Under the pieces are notes generated by a model. That model searched no databases. It saw only the letters and a list, made by a program, of their open reading frames with translations, and had not been told where the DNA came from. From the NCBI GenBank assembly GCA_964370375.1, contig CAYJIX010000006.1, positions 321-64,320 on the forward strand: a DNA stretch of 64,000 nt. Direction: 5' to 3'. Source of the DNA: an uncultured Desulfovibrionaceae bacterium. GTDB lineage: Bacteria; Desulfobacterota; Desulfovibrionia; Desulfovibrionales; Desulfovibrionaceae. Numbering within the stretch: position 1 is the stretch's first letter; every line of letters begins with the position of its first letter. Below, piece by piece: positions 37,609 through 47,122 of this stretch. Both the position numbers and the translations under genes were made by a program.

Positions 37609-38091
37609 CTCACTTCGAGTGAGCAAATCCCTGGGCGGCAGGGAAGGGCAGTTTTACACTGCTCTGCGACACTAACTGTATAGTTAGTTTTGACATTTTG
37701 CAGGCGTCACTGAATGCCGTAAGGATGTCAAGCCGTTTCAGCAAGTAATTTGCTGTAAAGGTCTTGTGTGGGGCTTCGGCCCTAAGGTGACCCTGCTAGA
37801 TCACCTGTCATTTTGGATCCATTCCAATAAGGGCAGGCTGGCAACAAGGGTGACGTATTGTGATGGAACCGGATTTAAGCCAGCTGCTCAATCCTATATT
37901 CTCCGCACAAAACGTCGACATACTCCCCGATGAGTATGGTAAACTTGCTTGCCATTTTTTTGGTCTTTAGCTTGGGTCGGTCAAGAAGCAGATGCCTTTT
38001 GACCACTTGGTTAGGAACAATGGTTCCCCTGATATTGCTGCTATTTCAGCAGGCAGTTGGGGGGTATTGCCAGATAACGGAGTAAGCGAAC
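37609..38091 (+). ncRNA. Long structured 5' leader of rpsJ, or an independent ncRNA (unclassified)
   Basis: About 480 nt with no ORF of 60 aa or more on the plus strand. There are many local hairpins: CTCACT-TCG-AGTGAG at the predicted TSS, ACTAACT-GTAT-AGTTAGT, CAGCAA-GTAAT-TTGCTG, GGGC-TTCG-GCCC, CATACTC-CCCGAT-GAGTATG and CTGCT-ATTTC-AGCAG. A T7 run lies at 37955..37961. Confidence 0.4.
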
Positions 38092-38409
38092 ATGACGACA
38101 GTGAGCAGTGATCGTATCCGTATAAAGCTCAAGGCTTACGATTACCGCATCCTTGACAAGGCTGTGGCGGAAATCGTCGATACGGCGCGGAACACGGGCG
38201 CAGGCGTGGCGGGGCCAATCCCTTTGCCCACACGTATTCATAAATACACAGTAAACCGTTCTGTGCACGTGGACAAGAAGTCTAGAGAGCAGTTTGAAAT
38301 GCGCATCCACAAGCGTCTTATGGATATTCTTGAACCCACGCAGCAAACTGTGGATGCCCTTGGCAAACTCAGTCTGCCTGCCGGTGTGGATGTGGAAATC
38401 AAGCTTTAG
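38092..38409 (+). CDS. rpsJ: 30S ribosomal protein S10
   Basis: Conserved uS10 sequence ([14 protein letters not shown]); first gene of the S10 operon. Confidence 0.97.
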   Translation: MTTVSSDRIRIKLKAYDYRILDKAVAEIVDTARNTGAGVAGPIPLPTRIHKYTVNRSVHVDKKSREQFEMRIHKRLMDILEPTQQTVDALGKLSLPAGVDVEIKL

Positions 38410-38420
38410 CGAGGAATGTC

Positions 38421-39050
38421 ATGGCTGAGAAAATGGGAATTTTGGGTCGAAAGCTTGGCATGACCCGCATCTTCGCAGAAGATGGCAGTGCGGTTACTGT
38501 CACAGTAATTGAAGCAGGTCCTTGCCCTATTACCCAGGTCAAGACTGTGGAAAGTGACGGCTATAATGCATTGCAAATTGCTTTTGTTGAAGGCAAAGCT
38601 AAGCATGTTAATAAGGCGTTGCAAGGACATTTTGCCAAGGCCGGCAAGGGGCTTTTCCGTAAAGTGCGTGAAATACGCCTTGAAGGTGCACCCACAATGG
38701 CTGTTGGCGATACCCTTGAAGCCACATTATTTACCGCTGGCGAGCGCGTAAAGGTCACCGGAACAAGCCTTGGTAAAGGCTATCAAGGTGTTATGCGCCG
38801 CTGGAACTTTAAAGGCTCTAAGGATACACACGGTTGCGAAAAGGTACACCGCTCCGGCGGCTCCATTGGTAACAATACCTTTCCGGGCCACGTGTTTAAA
38901 GGCAAAAAAATGGCCGGTCACTGGGGAAATGAACGGGTAACTGTTCAAAACCTTGAAGTTGTAGACGTGTACGCAGAAGACAACGTGATCCTTATCCGTG
39001 GTTCTGTACCTGGCCCCAAGAACGGTCTCGTTCTTGTGCGTAAGCAGTAG
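38421..39050 (+). CDS. rplC: 50S ribosomal protein L3
   Basis: uL3 sequence ([13 protein letters not shown]) in canonical order. Confidence 0.97.
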   Translation: MAEKMGILGRKLGMTRIFAEDGSAVTVTVIEAGPCPITQVKTVESDGYNALQIAFVEGKAKHVNKALQGHFAKAGKGLFRKVREIRLEGAPTMAVGDTLEATLFTAGERVKVTGTSLGKGYQGVMRRWNFKGSKDTHGCEKVHRSGGSIGNNTFPGHVFKGKKMAGHWGNERVTVQNLEVVDVYAEDNVILIRGSVPGPKNGLVLVRKQ

Positions 39051-39064
39051 TTGGGAGAAAAACA

Positions 39065-39685
39065 ATGGCTGTCGTGAAAATGTACAATCAGAACAAGCAG
39101 GAAGCAGGGGATGTGACCTTAGCTCCTGAAGTGTTCGAAGTCGCGGTGAGACCGGAAATTCTCCATCTCGTGGTACGAGCCCAGTTGGCTGCTCGTCGGG
39201 CAGGAACCCATAAAACCAAAACACGTGCATATGTATCAGGCGGTGGGGCAAAGCCTTGGCGTCAAAAAGGTACAGGCCGTGCTCGTGCTGGCTCTAACCG
39301 TTCCCCCATCTGGCGCGGTGGTGCTATCATTTTTGGGCCTCAGCCTCGCGACTATAGCTTTAAGGTGAACAAGAAGATCAGAAAATTGGCTTTGCGTATG
39401 GCTTTGTCCTCACGCCTTGCCGCAGGTTCACTTGTGGTTGTCAACGCCATTGACTTGGCTGAACCTAAAACCAAATTGTTTGCTCAAGTGGCAAGCACCT
39501 TGGGTTTAGAAAAAGCTTTGATCATTGCGCCTGAAGCAAACCGCAACCTTGCGCTGTCTTCTCGTAATCTGCCCGGCTTTACACTGACCACACCTGAAGG
39601 GCTCAGTGTTTATGAAATCTTAAAGCACAAACACTTGGTGCTTTTGGAAGGGGCTGTTGAACCTATTACAGCCCGGCTGAAATAA
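39065..39685 (+). CDS. rplD: 50S ribosomal protein L4
   Basis: uL4 sequence (KPWRQKGTGRARAGS). Confidence 0.97.
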   Translation: MAVVKMYNQNKQEAGDVTLAPEVFEVAVRPEILHLVVRAQLAARRAGTHKTKTRAYVSGGGAKPWRQKGTGRARAGSNRSPIWRGGAIIFGPQPRDYSFKVNKKIRKLALRMALSSRLAAGSLVVVNAIDLAEPKTKLFAQVASTLGLEKALIIAPEANRNLALSSRNLPGFTLTTPEGLSVYEILKHKHLVLLEGAVEPITARLK

Positions 39686-39695
39686 GAGGTTCGTC

Positions 39696-39983
39696 ATGGA
39701 TTATACACAAATTTTATTGCGCCCCGTTGTGACGGAAAAAGCGACCAGCGTGCGTGAGCTTGCCAATCAGGTAGCTTTTTACGTGCACCCCGAGGCCAAC
39801 AAGATAGAGATAAAGCGGGCTGTGGAAGCGGCTTTTAATGTAAAAGTAGCTGATGTAAACGTGGTGACCAAGCGTCCCATGGTACGTATGAAAAACCGCC
39901 GTCTTTCGCATGTTGCTGGTTCACGTAAAGCCTATGTGACCCTTGCACCCGGCGAAAAGATTGAGTTTTTTGAGGGAGTATAG
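39696..39983 (+). CDS. rplW: 50S ribosomal protein L23
   Basis: uL23, 95 aa, in canonical order. Confidence 0.95.
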   Translation: MDYTQILLRPVVTEKATSVRELANQVAFYVHPEANKIEIKRAVEAAFNVKVADVNVVTKRPMVRMKNRRLSHVAGSRKAYVTLAPGEKIEFFEGV

Positions 39984-39985
39984 TC

Positions 39986-40816
39986 ATGGCTGTGCGGAAA
40001 CTTAAACCTACCTCGGCCGGACGTAGATTCCAAACGGTTTCTGATTTTGCAGAAATCACAAGAACTACGCCTGAGAAATCTCTCACCGAGGGCATCAATA
40101 AAAAAGCCGGGCGTAATAACCATGGCCGTATCACCAGCCGTCGTCGCGGTGGCGGTGTTAAACGTCGGTACAGAATCATCGACTTTAAGCGTAACAAAGT
40201 GGACATCGAAGCCACAGTAGCGCATATCGAATATGATCCTAACCGCACGGCGCGTATTGCACTTTTGCATTACAAAGATGGTGAAAAACGCTACATTTTG
40301 GCTCCCCATGGGATCAAACAAGGCGATAAGGTGCAAGCAGGATTAAAGGCTGACATTAAGCCGGGTAACGCCCTGCCCATGAGCAGTATCCCTGTTGGTA
40401 CCATCATCCATAATATTGAGTTGCATCCGGGCAAAGGCGGTCAGTTTTGCCGCTCTGCCGGAACCTATGCGCAGCTCGTCGCCAAGGAAGGCAAATACGC
40501 CCTTTTGCGTATGCCCTCTGGTGAAGTGCGCAAAGTCCTTGCCATGGGCCTAGCTACGGTTGGTCAAGTTGGTAACGTGCAGCACGAAAATATATCACTT
40601 GGCAAGGCCGGCCGTAATCGTTGGCTTGGCCGTCGCCCCAAGGTTCGTGGTGTTGCCATGAACCCCATTGACCACCCCTTAGGCGGTGGTGAAGGCAGAA
40701 GCTCCGGCGGTCGCCATCCGGTGACGCCGTGGGGTGTGCCCACTAAGGGCTACAAGACCCGTGATAAGAAAAAGCCCTCGTCGCGACTGATTGTTAAACG
40801 TCGCGGCCAGAAGTAG
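39986..40816 (+). CDS. rplB: 50S ribosomal protein L2
   Basis: uL2 motifs ([23 protein letters not shown]). Confidence 0.97.
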   Translation: MAVRKLKPTSAGRRFQTVSDFAEITRTTPEKSLTEGINKKAGRNNHGRITSRRRGGGVKRRYRIIDFKRNKVDIEATVAHIEYDPNRTARIALLHYKDGEKRYILAPHGIKQGDKVQAGLKADIKPGNALPMSSIPVGTIIHNIELHPGKGGQFCRSAGTYAQLVAKEGKYALLRMPSGEVRKVLAMGLATVGQVGNVQHENISLGKAGRNRWLGRRPKVRGVAMNPIDHPLGGGEGRSSGGRHPVTPWGVPTKGYKTRDKKKPSSRLIVKRRGQK

Positions 40817-40825
40817 GAGCCTCTC

Positions 40826-41107
40826 ATGCCCAGATCACTAAAAAAAGGTCCCTTTGTGGATGACCACCTTATGAAAAAGGTGGACAAGGCGGTTGAAAGC
40901 AATGACCGCCGCGTGATCAAAACTTGGTCACGCAGATCAACGGTGCTTCCGGAAATGGTGGGTTTCACCTTTGCGGTGCACAACGGCAAAAAGTTTTTGC
41001 CTGTGTTTGTTACAGAGAATATGGTAGGTCATAAACTTGGGGAATTTGCTCCCACAAGGACCTACTACGGTCATGCTGCCGATAAAAAGTCTAAGGCCAA
41101 AAAGTAA
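40826..41107 (+). CDS. rpsS: 30S ribosomal protein S19
   Basis: uS19 ([11 protein letters not shown]). Confidence 0.97.
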   Translation: MPRSLKKGPFVDDHLMKKVDKAVESNDRRVIKTWSRRSTVLPEMVGFTFAVHNGKKFLPVFVTENMVGHKLGEFAPTRTYYGHAADKKSKAKK

Positions 41108-41118
41108 CGGGTGACGCT

Positions 41119-41457
41119 ATGGAATCAAAAGCTATCGCTAAATTCGTGCGTGTATCGCCGCGCAAAGCTCGGCTTGTTGCCCGGAACGTAAGAGGCATGG
41201 AAGTTGAAAAGGCCATGAACATTTTACGCTTCACGCCCAACAAACCGGCAGACATCATTCTTGGTGTGGTGCGTTCTGCTTTGGCTAACGCCGAGCACAA
41301 TGCCAGCATGGACGTGGACTCTTTACGTATCAAGGAAATCCTTGTGAACGAAGGGCCCACTTGGAAGCGCTTTATGCCTCGTGCCCAAGGGCGCGCAACG
41401 CATATTCGTAAGCGCACCAGCCACATCACCGTGATACTTGCAGAAGGACAGGAATAG
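41119..41457 (+). CDS. rplV: 50S ribosomal protein L22
   Basis: uL22 ([11 protein letters not shown]). Confidence 0.96.
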   Translation: MESKAIAKFVRVSPRKARLVARNVRGMEVEKAMNILRFTPNKPADIILGVVRSALANAEHNASMDVDSLRIKEILVNEGPTWKRFMPRAQGRATHIRKRTSHITVILAEGQE

Positions 41458-41459
41458 TC

Positions 41460-42101
41460 ATGGGTCAGAAAGTACATCCATACGGATTCAGGCTTGGGTA
41501 TAACAAAAACTGGCAATCACGCTGGTTTAGCAAAAAAGATTACCCCGCCTTCGTCTTTGAGGACCATGAAATCCGCAAATACGTGAAGAAGTTGTTGTAT
41601 GCAGCCGGTATTTCCAAGATTGAGCTTGAACGTGCCGGTGGAAAAATACGTCTGATTCTTTCTACAGCCCGTCCAGGTATCGTTATTGGGCGTAAAGGCG
41701 TGGAAATTGAAAAGCTACGTGGTGATTTGAGCAAAAAATTCAATAAAGAATTTTCGCTTGAAGTGAACGAAATCCGCCGTCCGGAAGTGGATGCTCAGCT
41801 TGTGGCAGAAAACATTGCCATGCAGCTTGAGCGTCGTGTGGCATTTCGTCGCGCCATGAAGCGCACGGTAACCATGTCACGTAAATTTGGTGCTGAAGGC
41901 ATTAAAGTTACGTGTTCCGGCCGCCTTGCCGGTGCTGAAATAGCCCGGACGGAATGGTATCGTGACGGCCGCGTGCCGCTGCAAACACTTCGCGCCGATA
42001 TTGATTATGGCTTTGCTGAAGCCCGTACAACCTACGGGATCATCGGAGTCAAGGCGTGGATTTACAAAGGTGAAATCCTTGACAAAGAGGTTGAAAGGTA
42101 A
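41460..42101 (+). CDS. rpsC: 30S ribosomal protein S3
   Basis: uS3 ([13 protein letters not shown]). Confidence 0.97.
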   Translation: MGQKVHPYGFRLGYNKNWQSRWFSKKDYPAFVFEDHEIRKYVKKLLYAAGISKIELERAGGKIRLILSTARPGIVIGRKGVEIEKLRGDLSKKFNKEFSLEVNEIRRPEVDAQLVAENIAMQLERRVAFRRAMKRTVTMSRKFGAEGIKVTCSGRLAGAEIARTEWYRDGRVPLQTLRADIDYGFAEARTTYGIIGVKAWIYKGEILDKEVER

Positions 42102-42514
42102 TGCTTGCCCCCAAGAAAGTAAAATTTCGCAAATGGCAAAAAGGTCGCCTTCGTGGTGCTGCCACTCGTGGCTCTACCATTTCATTTGGTGACATTGGCC
42201 TAAAAACTGTGGAACACGGCAAGCTGACGAGCCAGCAGATCGAAGCCGCTCGTATTGCTATGATGCGTCATATCCGCCGTGGTGGTAAGGTGTGGATTCG
42301 GGTTTTTCCTGATCGTCCCGTAACAGCCAAACCCCTTGAAACTCGTCAGGGCAGTGGTAAAGGGTCCCCCGTGGGTTGGTGCGCGCCTGTTAAACCTGGG
42401 CGTATCTTGTACGAGATCAAAGGTGTAAGCCTTGAACTTGCAAAAGAAGCCCTCATTCGTGCATCGCACAAACTGCCGGTGAAAACCACCATCGTAGTGC
42501 GGGAGGGGCTATAA
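42101..42514 (+). CDS. rplP: 50S ribosomal protein L16
   Basis: uL16 ([11 protein letters not shown]); ATG overlaps the rpsC stop. Confidence 0.97.
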   Translation: MLAPKKVKFRKWQKGRLRGAATRGSTISFGDIGLKTVEHGKLTSQQIEAARIAMMRHIRRGGKVWIRVFPDRPVTAKPLETRQGSGKGSPVGWCAPVKPGRILYEIKGVSLELAKEALIRASHKLPVKTTIVVREGL

Positions 42515-42699
42515 TGAAAGCCAATGAACTTAAAGGGCTTGGCAAGGACGAGCTCCTTGCAAAGCTTGCCTCTGAAAGGCAGGAATTGTTTAACCTCCGC
42601 TTTCAGCATGCCACAGCGCAGCTTGAAAAAACATCTTCGATTCCTGCAACCAGGAAGAAGATTGCGCGGATTTTGACCATCCTGAAGGAAAAGGAATAG
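42514..42699 (+). CDS. rpmC: 50S ribosomal protein L29
   Basis: uL29, 61 aa. Confidence 0.95.
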   Translation: MKANELKGLGKDELLAKLASERQELFNLRFQHATAQLEKTSSIPATRKKIARILTILKEKE

Positions 42700-42701
42700 C
42701 C

Positions 42702-42968
42702 ATGTCTGAAGCCATGGAACACCGCAAAGGGCGGATGCTCACAGGGGTTGTGATCAGCGATAAAAGCGACAAAACCATTGTTGTTCGCGTTGAAACCTTG
42801 ATCAAGCATCCTTTATTGAAAAAATATGTTCGCCGTCGTACCAAGTTTACAGCCCATGACCCCAACAATGAATGTGGCATTGGTGATACGGTGCAAATAG
42901 TAGAATTTCGACCCATGAGCCGCAATAAACGCTGGCATCTTGTGTCTATTCTTGAAAAGGCCGTGTAG
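42702..42968 (+). CDS. rpsQ: 30S ribosomal protein S17
   Basis: uS17, 88 aa. Confidence 0.95.
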   Translation: MSEAMEHRKGRMLTGVVISDKSDKTIVVRVETLIKHPLLKKYVRRRTKFTAHDPNNECGIGDTVQIVEFRPMSRNKRWHLVSILEKAV

Positions 42969-42977
42969 GAGTATATC

Positions 42978-43346
42978 ATGATTCAGGTAGAATCCATGCT
43001 TCAGGTGGCCGATAACTCCGGTGCCAAAAAAGTTGCCTGCATTAAGGTGCTTGGCGGCTCACACCGACGTTATGCCACAGTTGGCGACATCATAATGGTG
43101 TCAGTAAAAGAAGCCATACCGCATAGTAAAGTAAAAAAAGGCGATGTGATGCAAGCTGTTATCGTACGCACAAGCAAAGAAGTGCGTCGCGTTGACGGAT
43201 CCTACATCCGCTTTGATACAAACGCTGCTGTGCTGTTATCCAAGCAGGGTGAACCTATTGGAACGCGCATCTTTGGGCCTGTGGCGCGCGAACTTCGTGC
43301 CCGCAATTTTACAAAGATTGTGTCATTGGCACCAGAAGTGCTGTAG
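42978..43346 (+). CDS. rplN: 50S ribosomal protein L14
   Basis: uL14 ([18 protein letters not shown]). Confidence 0.97.
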   Translation: MIQVESMLQVADNSGAKKVACIKVLGGSHRRYATVGDIIMVSVKEAIPHSKVKKGDVMQAVIVRTSKEVRRVDGSYIRFDTNAAVLLSKQGEPIGTRIFGPVARELRARNFTKIVSLAPEVL

Positions 43347-43355
43347 GAAATCAAC

Positions 43356-43676
43356 ATGAAACAGTTTCGTATTCATAAAGATGACAAAGTGATGGTCATT
43401 GCAGGCAAGGATCAAGGCAAAATCGGTAAGGTTTTGAAAATCCTGCGCAAGCATGATCGAGTAGTTGTGGAAAAGGTGAACATGGCTAAACGCAATGTGA
43501 AACCCAATCCCTATCGTCGTGAACCCGGCGGCATTGTTGACAAGGAAATGCCAATCCATGTGTCTAATCTCATGGTTGTATGCCCTTCCTGCTCTGCTCC
43601 CACCCGTGTAGGCTATCGCCGCACGGAGGACGGAGACAAAATCCGCTTCTGCAAAAAGTGCAACGCAACACTATAG
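43356..43676 (+). CDS. rplX: 50S ribosomal protein L24 (with CxxC...CxxC tail)
   Basis: uL24 KOW region plus C-terminal CPSC...CKKC. Confidence 0.95.
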   Translation: MKQFRIHKDDKVMVIAGKDQGKIGKVLKILRKHDRVVVEKVNMAKRNVKPNPYRREPGGIVDKEMPIHVSNLMVVCPSCSAPTRVGYRRTEDGDKIRFCKKCNATL

Positions 43677-43686
43677 GTGACATCCC

Positions 43687-44226
43687 ATGACCCGTCTTGA
43701 AACTATGTACCGCGAACAGGTAGTTCCAGTATTGCAAAAGGAGTTTTCTTATGAATCTCCCATGCAGATCCCTGGAATTGTAAAGGTTTCGCTGAACATT
43801 GGCCTTGGTGCCGCAAGCCAGAACAACAAGCTCATGGAAGAAACGATCAATGAGCTCACTCTGATTGCCGGACAAAAAGCTGTGGTAACCCGTGCAAAAA
43901 AATCCATTGCTGCATTTAAGTTACGTGAAGGCATGCCCATTGGTGCTCGTGTGACCTTACGAAAGGAGCGCATGTGGGACTTCCTTGACAAGCTTGTAAA
44001 TTTTGCTTTACCTCGCGTTCGCGACTTTCGCGGAATTGCAGACAGAGGGTTTGACGGTCGTGGCAATTTCACCCTAGGTATCAAGGAACATTCCATCTTC
44101 CCTGAATTGGAAGTGGATCGCATTGATAATCCTAAGGGTATGAATATTACCATCGTAACCACCGCCACAACAGATAAAGAAGGCAAGTTTTTGTTAGAAA
44201 AACTTGGCATGCCTTTCAGAAAGTAA
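43687..44226 (+). CDS. rplE: 50S ribosomal protein L5
   Basis: uL5, 179 aa. Confidence 0.97.
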   Translation: MTRLETMYREQVVPVLQKEFSYESPMQIPGIVKVSLNIGLGAASQNNKLMEETINELTLIAGQKAVVTRAKKSIAAFKLREGMPIGARVTLRKERMWDFLDKLVNFALPRVRDFRGIADRGFDGRGNFTLGIKEHSIFPELEVDRIDNPKGMNITIVTTATTDKEGKFLLEKLGMPFRK

Positions 44227-44236
44227 GGAGCCCATT

Positions 44237-44422
44237 GTGTCGCGCACATCCCTTGAAGTAAAGTCAAGACGTAAACCCAAATTTTCGGCTAGGGCCTATA
44301 ATAGATGCCCTATTTGCGGACGTCCTCGTGCTTATATGCGCAAATTCGGCCTGTGTCGTATTTGTTTTCGTAATATGGCACACCGTGGAGAACTTCCCGG
44401 CGTTCGTAAATCCAGCTGGTAA
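44237..44422 (+). CDS. rpsN: 30S ribosomal protein S14, zinc-binding type Z
   Basis: 61 aa from GTG 44237 (AAGGAG RBS). CPICGRP...CRIC zinc ribbon. The ORF-track start 44204 overlaps rplE and is unlikely. Confidence 0.9.
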   Translation: MSRTSLEVKSRRKPKFSARAYNRCPICGRPRAYMRKFGLCRICFRNMAHRGELPGVRKSSW

Positions 44423-44443
44423 CCTGTAGAAGGAGTCCATTCG

Positions 44444-44824
44444 ATGATGACTGATCCTATTGCAGATATGCTTACGCGTATCCGCAACGCACATTTGGCC
44501 CTGCACAAGGAAGTGAGTGTGCCGCGCTCAAAGATTAAAGTTGCCATTGCAGCTATCTTACAGCAGGAAGGCTACGTCGATGACGTATCCACTACTGATG
44601 AGGCCATTACTATTTCCTTGAAGTATTACCAAGGTAAACCCGCCATCATGGGTTTAAAGCGGATTAGTAAGCCTGGGCGTCGTCAGTATGTGGGCGCAGG
44701 CAGTATTCCGCGCGTGCAAAACGGCCTTGGCATTTGTATTTTGTCCACCTCACGTGGCGTCATTGACGGCGCTGCAGCTACTGAGGCTAAGGTGGGCGGC
44801 GAACTTCTTTGCGAGATCTGGTAA
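44444..44824 (+). CDS. rpsH: 30S ribosomal protein S8
   Basis: uS8 (DPIADMLTRIRNA). Confidence 0.97.
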   Translation: MMTDPIADMLTRIRNAHLALHKEVSVPRSKIKVAIAAILQQEGYVDDVSTTDEAITISLKYYQGKPAIMGLKRISKPGRRQYVGAGSIPRVQNGLGICILSTSRGVIDGAAATEAKVGGELLCEIW

Positions 44825-44837
44825 ACGGGGGTTTTTT

Positions 44838-45377
44838 ATGTCACGTATTGGAAAACAACCCGTTGCTGTTCCCTCAGGTGTAGAGGTGAAGGTTAGCGGA
44901 GATAAAATTATGATCAAGGGCCCTAAGGGCGAACTTGTTACACCTACAAGTTCCTTACTCAACTATGAAATGGTTGATGGCCAGATGGTTGTGACTCGCC
45001 GTGTAGAATCACGCGAAAGCCGCAGCCAGCATGGTTTACGCAGAACCCTTCTTGCCAACTGTGTAACAGGGGTTTCCAAAGGTTTTGAAAAAACATTGGA
45101 AGTCATTGGTGTGGGTTATCGCGTAGCTGTAAAAGGCAATGTAGTTGAGCTTGCTGTTGGTTATTCCCATCCTGTTATTGTGGAATTGCCAAAGGGCATC
45201 ACTGCTAAGGTTGAGGGCCAAAAATTGACCCTTATGGGCATTGATAAAGAGCTGGTTGGCGAAACCGCAGCAAGGATTCGCCGTATTCGTAAGCCTGAAC
45301 CTTATAAAGGTAAGGGCATTAAGTACGAAACTGAAACAATTCAGCGTAAGGCCGGCAAATCCGGCGGCAAAAAATAG
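44838..45377 (+). CDS. rplF: 50S ribosomal protein L6
   Basis: uL6 from ATG 44838 (MSRIGKQPV). The track start 44688 lies inside rpsH. Confidence 0.95.
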   Translation: MSRIGKQPVAVPSGVEVKVSGDKIMIKGPKGELVTPTSSLLNYEMVDGQMVVTRRVESRESRSQHGLRRTLLANCVTGVSKGFEKTLEVIGVGYRVAVKGNVVELAVGYSHPVIVELPKGITAKVEGQKLTLMGIDKELVGETAARIRRIRKPEPYKGKGIKYETETIQRKAGKSGGKK

Positions 45378-45389
45378 TCGGAGTGCGCC

Positions 45390-45752
45390 ATGAGCAGTAT
45401 AACCAAAAATGAAGCCAGAAAGCGCAGAAAAATTCGTATCCGTAAAAAAATTTCCGGTACTGCCGAAAGACCACGTTTAGTAGTTTTTCGTTCCAACCTG
45501 CACATTTATGCACAGGTTATTGACGATAACTCAGGGGCAACACTTGTTGCAGCCTCTACCCTTGCGCTTTCCAAGGGTGCTGAAAAGGTCCATTGCAATA
45601 TGACAGGTGCGGCAAAAGTTGGCCAAGAATTGGCTCGCCTTGCCAAAGAAAAGAATATTGAATCGGTGGTTTTTGACCGTAACGGTTATCTTTATCACGG
45701 CAAGATCAAAGCCGTGGCAGACGGCGCCCGTGAGGGCGGTCTCGTCTTCTAA
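45390..45752 (+). CDS. rplR: 50S ribosomal protein L18
   Basis: uL18, 120 aa. Confidence 0.96.
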   Translation: MSSITKNEARKRRKIRIRKKISGTAERPRLVVFRSNLHIYAQVIDDNSGATLVAASTLALSKGAEKVHCNMTGAAKVGQELARLAKEKNIESVVFDRNGYLYHGKIKAVADGAREGGLVF

Positions 45753-45773
45753 CCCGGAAGGACAGGCAGAATC

Positions 45774-46265
45774 ATGGAACAGAATGAACTTGGATTCATT
45801 GAGAAAATTGTCTCCCTAAACCGGGTTGCCAAAGTGGTGAAAGGCGGACGTCGTTTCAGCTTCAGTGCTTTGGTAGTTGTTGGTGACGGGAAAGGAAGCG
45901 TAGGTTTTGGACTTGGCAAAGCCCAAGAAGTACCCGAAGCTTTACGCAAGGCTACTGAACATGCTCGCAAAACCATGGTGAAGGTACCTCTTGTTGAAGG
46001 AACCCTTCCCTATGAAATACTAGGCCGTTTTGGCGCAGGTCGCGTTATGTTGAAACCTGCTTCTCGCGGTACCGGTATTATTGCAGGCGGTGCTGTGCGT
46101 GCCGTTATGGAAGCAGCCGGTGTGAATGACGTGTTGACCAAAGCTATTGGTACCAATAACCCTCACAATGTGCTTAGGGCAACAATGGCTGGTTTGACAG
46201 AACTTCGCAGTGCTGAAGATGTTAGCGAAGTTCGCGGCAAAAAAGTCGAAGCTCCTAGGAAGTGA
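45774..46265 (+). CDS. rpsE: 30S ribosomal protein S5
   Basis: uS5 ([18 protein letters not shown]). Confidence 0.97.
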   Translation: MEQNELGFIEKIVSLNRVAKVVKGGRRFSFSALVVVGDGKGSVGFGLGKAQEVPEALRKATEHARKTMVKVPLVEGTLPYEILGRFGAGRVMLKPASRGTGIIAGGAVRAVMEAAGVNDVLTKAIGTNNPHNVLRATMAGLTELRSAEDVSEVRGKKVEAPRK

Positions 46266-46269
46266 TAGC

Positions 46270-46452
46270 ATGGCTGAAATCACCATAAAAGTAATTAAAA
46301 GCCGTATCGGCTGCAACCCTATCCAGCGCAAGACCCTTGACGCTTTGGGGTTGACCCGTCGTGAAATGGTCAAAACCTTTCCCGATAACCCTGCCGTTCG
46401 CGGCATGATTGCCAGAGTTTCACATCTGGTTGTTGAGGTTGCCAAATCATGA
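46270..46452 (+). CDS. rpmD: 50S ribosomal protein L30
   Basis: uL30, 60 aa from ATG 46270 (MAEITIKVIKS). Confidence 0.93.
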   Translation: MAEITIKVIKSRIGCNPIQRKTLDALGLTRREMVKTFPDNPAVRGMIARVSHLVVEVAKS

Positions 46453-46910
46453 ATTTGAATGAACTGTATCCGTTTGCTGAAGATCGCAAAAGCCGCAGAC
46501 GTGTAGGACGTGGTTCCGGTTCCGGCCTTGGCTGTACATCGGGCAAAGGTAATAAAGGTCAAAACTCTCGCGCAGGTGGCGGTGTACGCCCCGGCTTTGA
46601 GGGTGGTCAAATGCCCTTGCAGCGTCGTTTGCCCAAACGCGGTTTTAAAAACGCTCCTTTTAAAGTGCGTTATGAAGTGCTCAATCTTGATCGCCTTATA
46701 ACCGCATTTGAAGGCAAGACCGAAATCCTTTTAGAAGATATATATGATCGTGGTCTTGTGCCCTTTGGCCGTTTGGTTAAAGTTTTGGCACAAGGGGATA
46801 TCTCTGCTCCTTTGAAAGTTGAAGCACACAAGTTTAGCCGTTCTGCTGTTGAAAAACTGCAAAAGGCTGGCGGTGAAGCTCGGGAACTTTTGGCAGAGCC
46901 CACGGAATAA
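46449..46910 (+). CDS. rplO: 50S ribosomal protein L15
   Basis: uL15 (RRVGRGSGSGLG); ATGA overlap with rpmD. Confidence 0.96.
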   Translation: MNLNELYPFAEDRKSRRRVGRGSGSGLGCTSGKGNKGQNSRAGGGVRPGFEGGQMPLQRRLPKRGFKNAPFKVRYEVLNLDRLITAFEGKTEILLEDIYDRGLVPFGRLVKVLAQGDISAPLKVEAHKFSRSAVEKLQKAGGEARELLAEPTE

Positions 46911-46931
46911 AAGATTACGCTTTTTGAATAG

Positions 46932-47016
46932 AAAGCACATGCAAATATATGCGCCCCGGATTCTCCATTGAGCTATCAGGCTGGGGGACGGGGCGCATTT
47001 GTTTATATAGTGCTTT
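46932..47016 (+). other. Long imperfect hairpin in the rplO-secY spacer
   Basis: Outer arms AAAGCAC (46932..46938) and GTGCTTT (47010..47016). Inner 10-bp stem ATGCGCCCCG (46949..46958) with CGGGGCGCAT (46989..46998). Confidence 0.5.
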
Positions 47017-47122
47017 TAAGCGTATGTAACATGAAAATATAGGCTTATGGTGACGACGTTTTTTCGTCATACAAATGCCCCATGTGGGTGTGATAGCACA
47101 CGACAGAGTAGGTAGGTGAACC

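Noticed and set aside
37609-38091. Identity of the rpsJ upstream RNA as tmRNA, 6S RNA, SRP RNA, or a decayed tuf gene.
   Set aside because: It has no tRNA-like ends or tag ORF, no SRP domain IV motif, no long end-to-end closing helix typical of 6S, and no EF-Tu-like translation in any frame. RNase P RNA is found elsewhere in the window.
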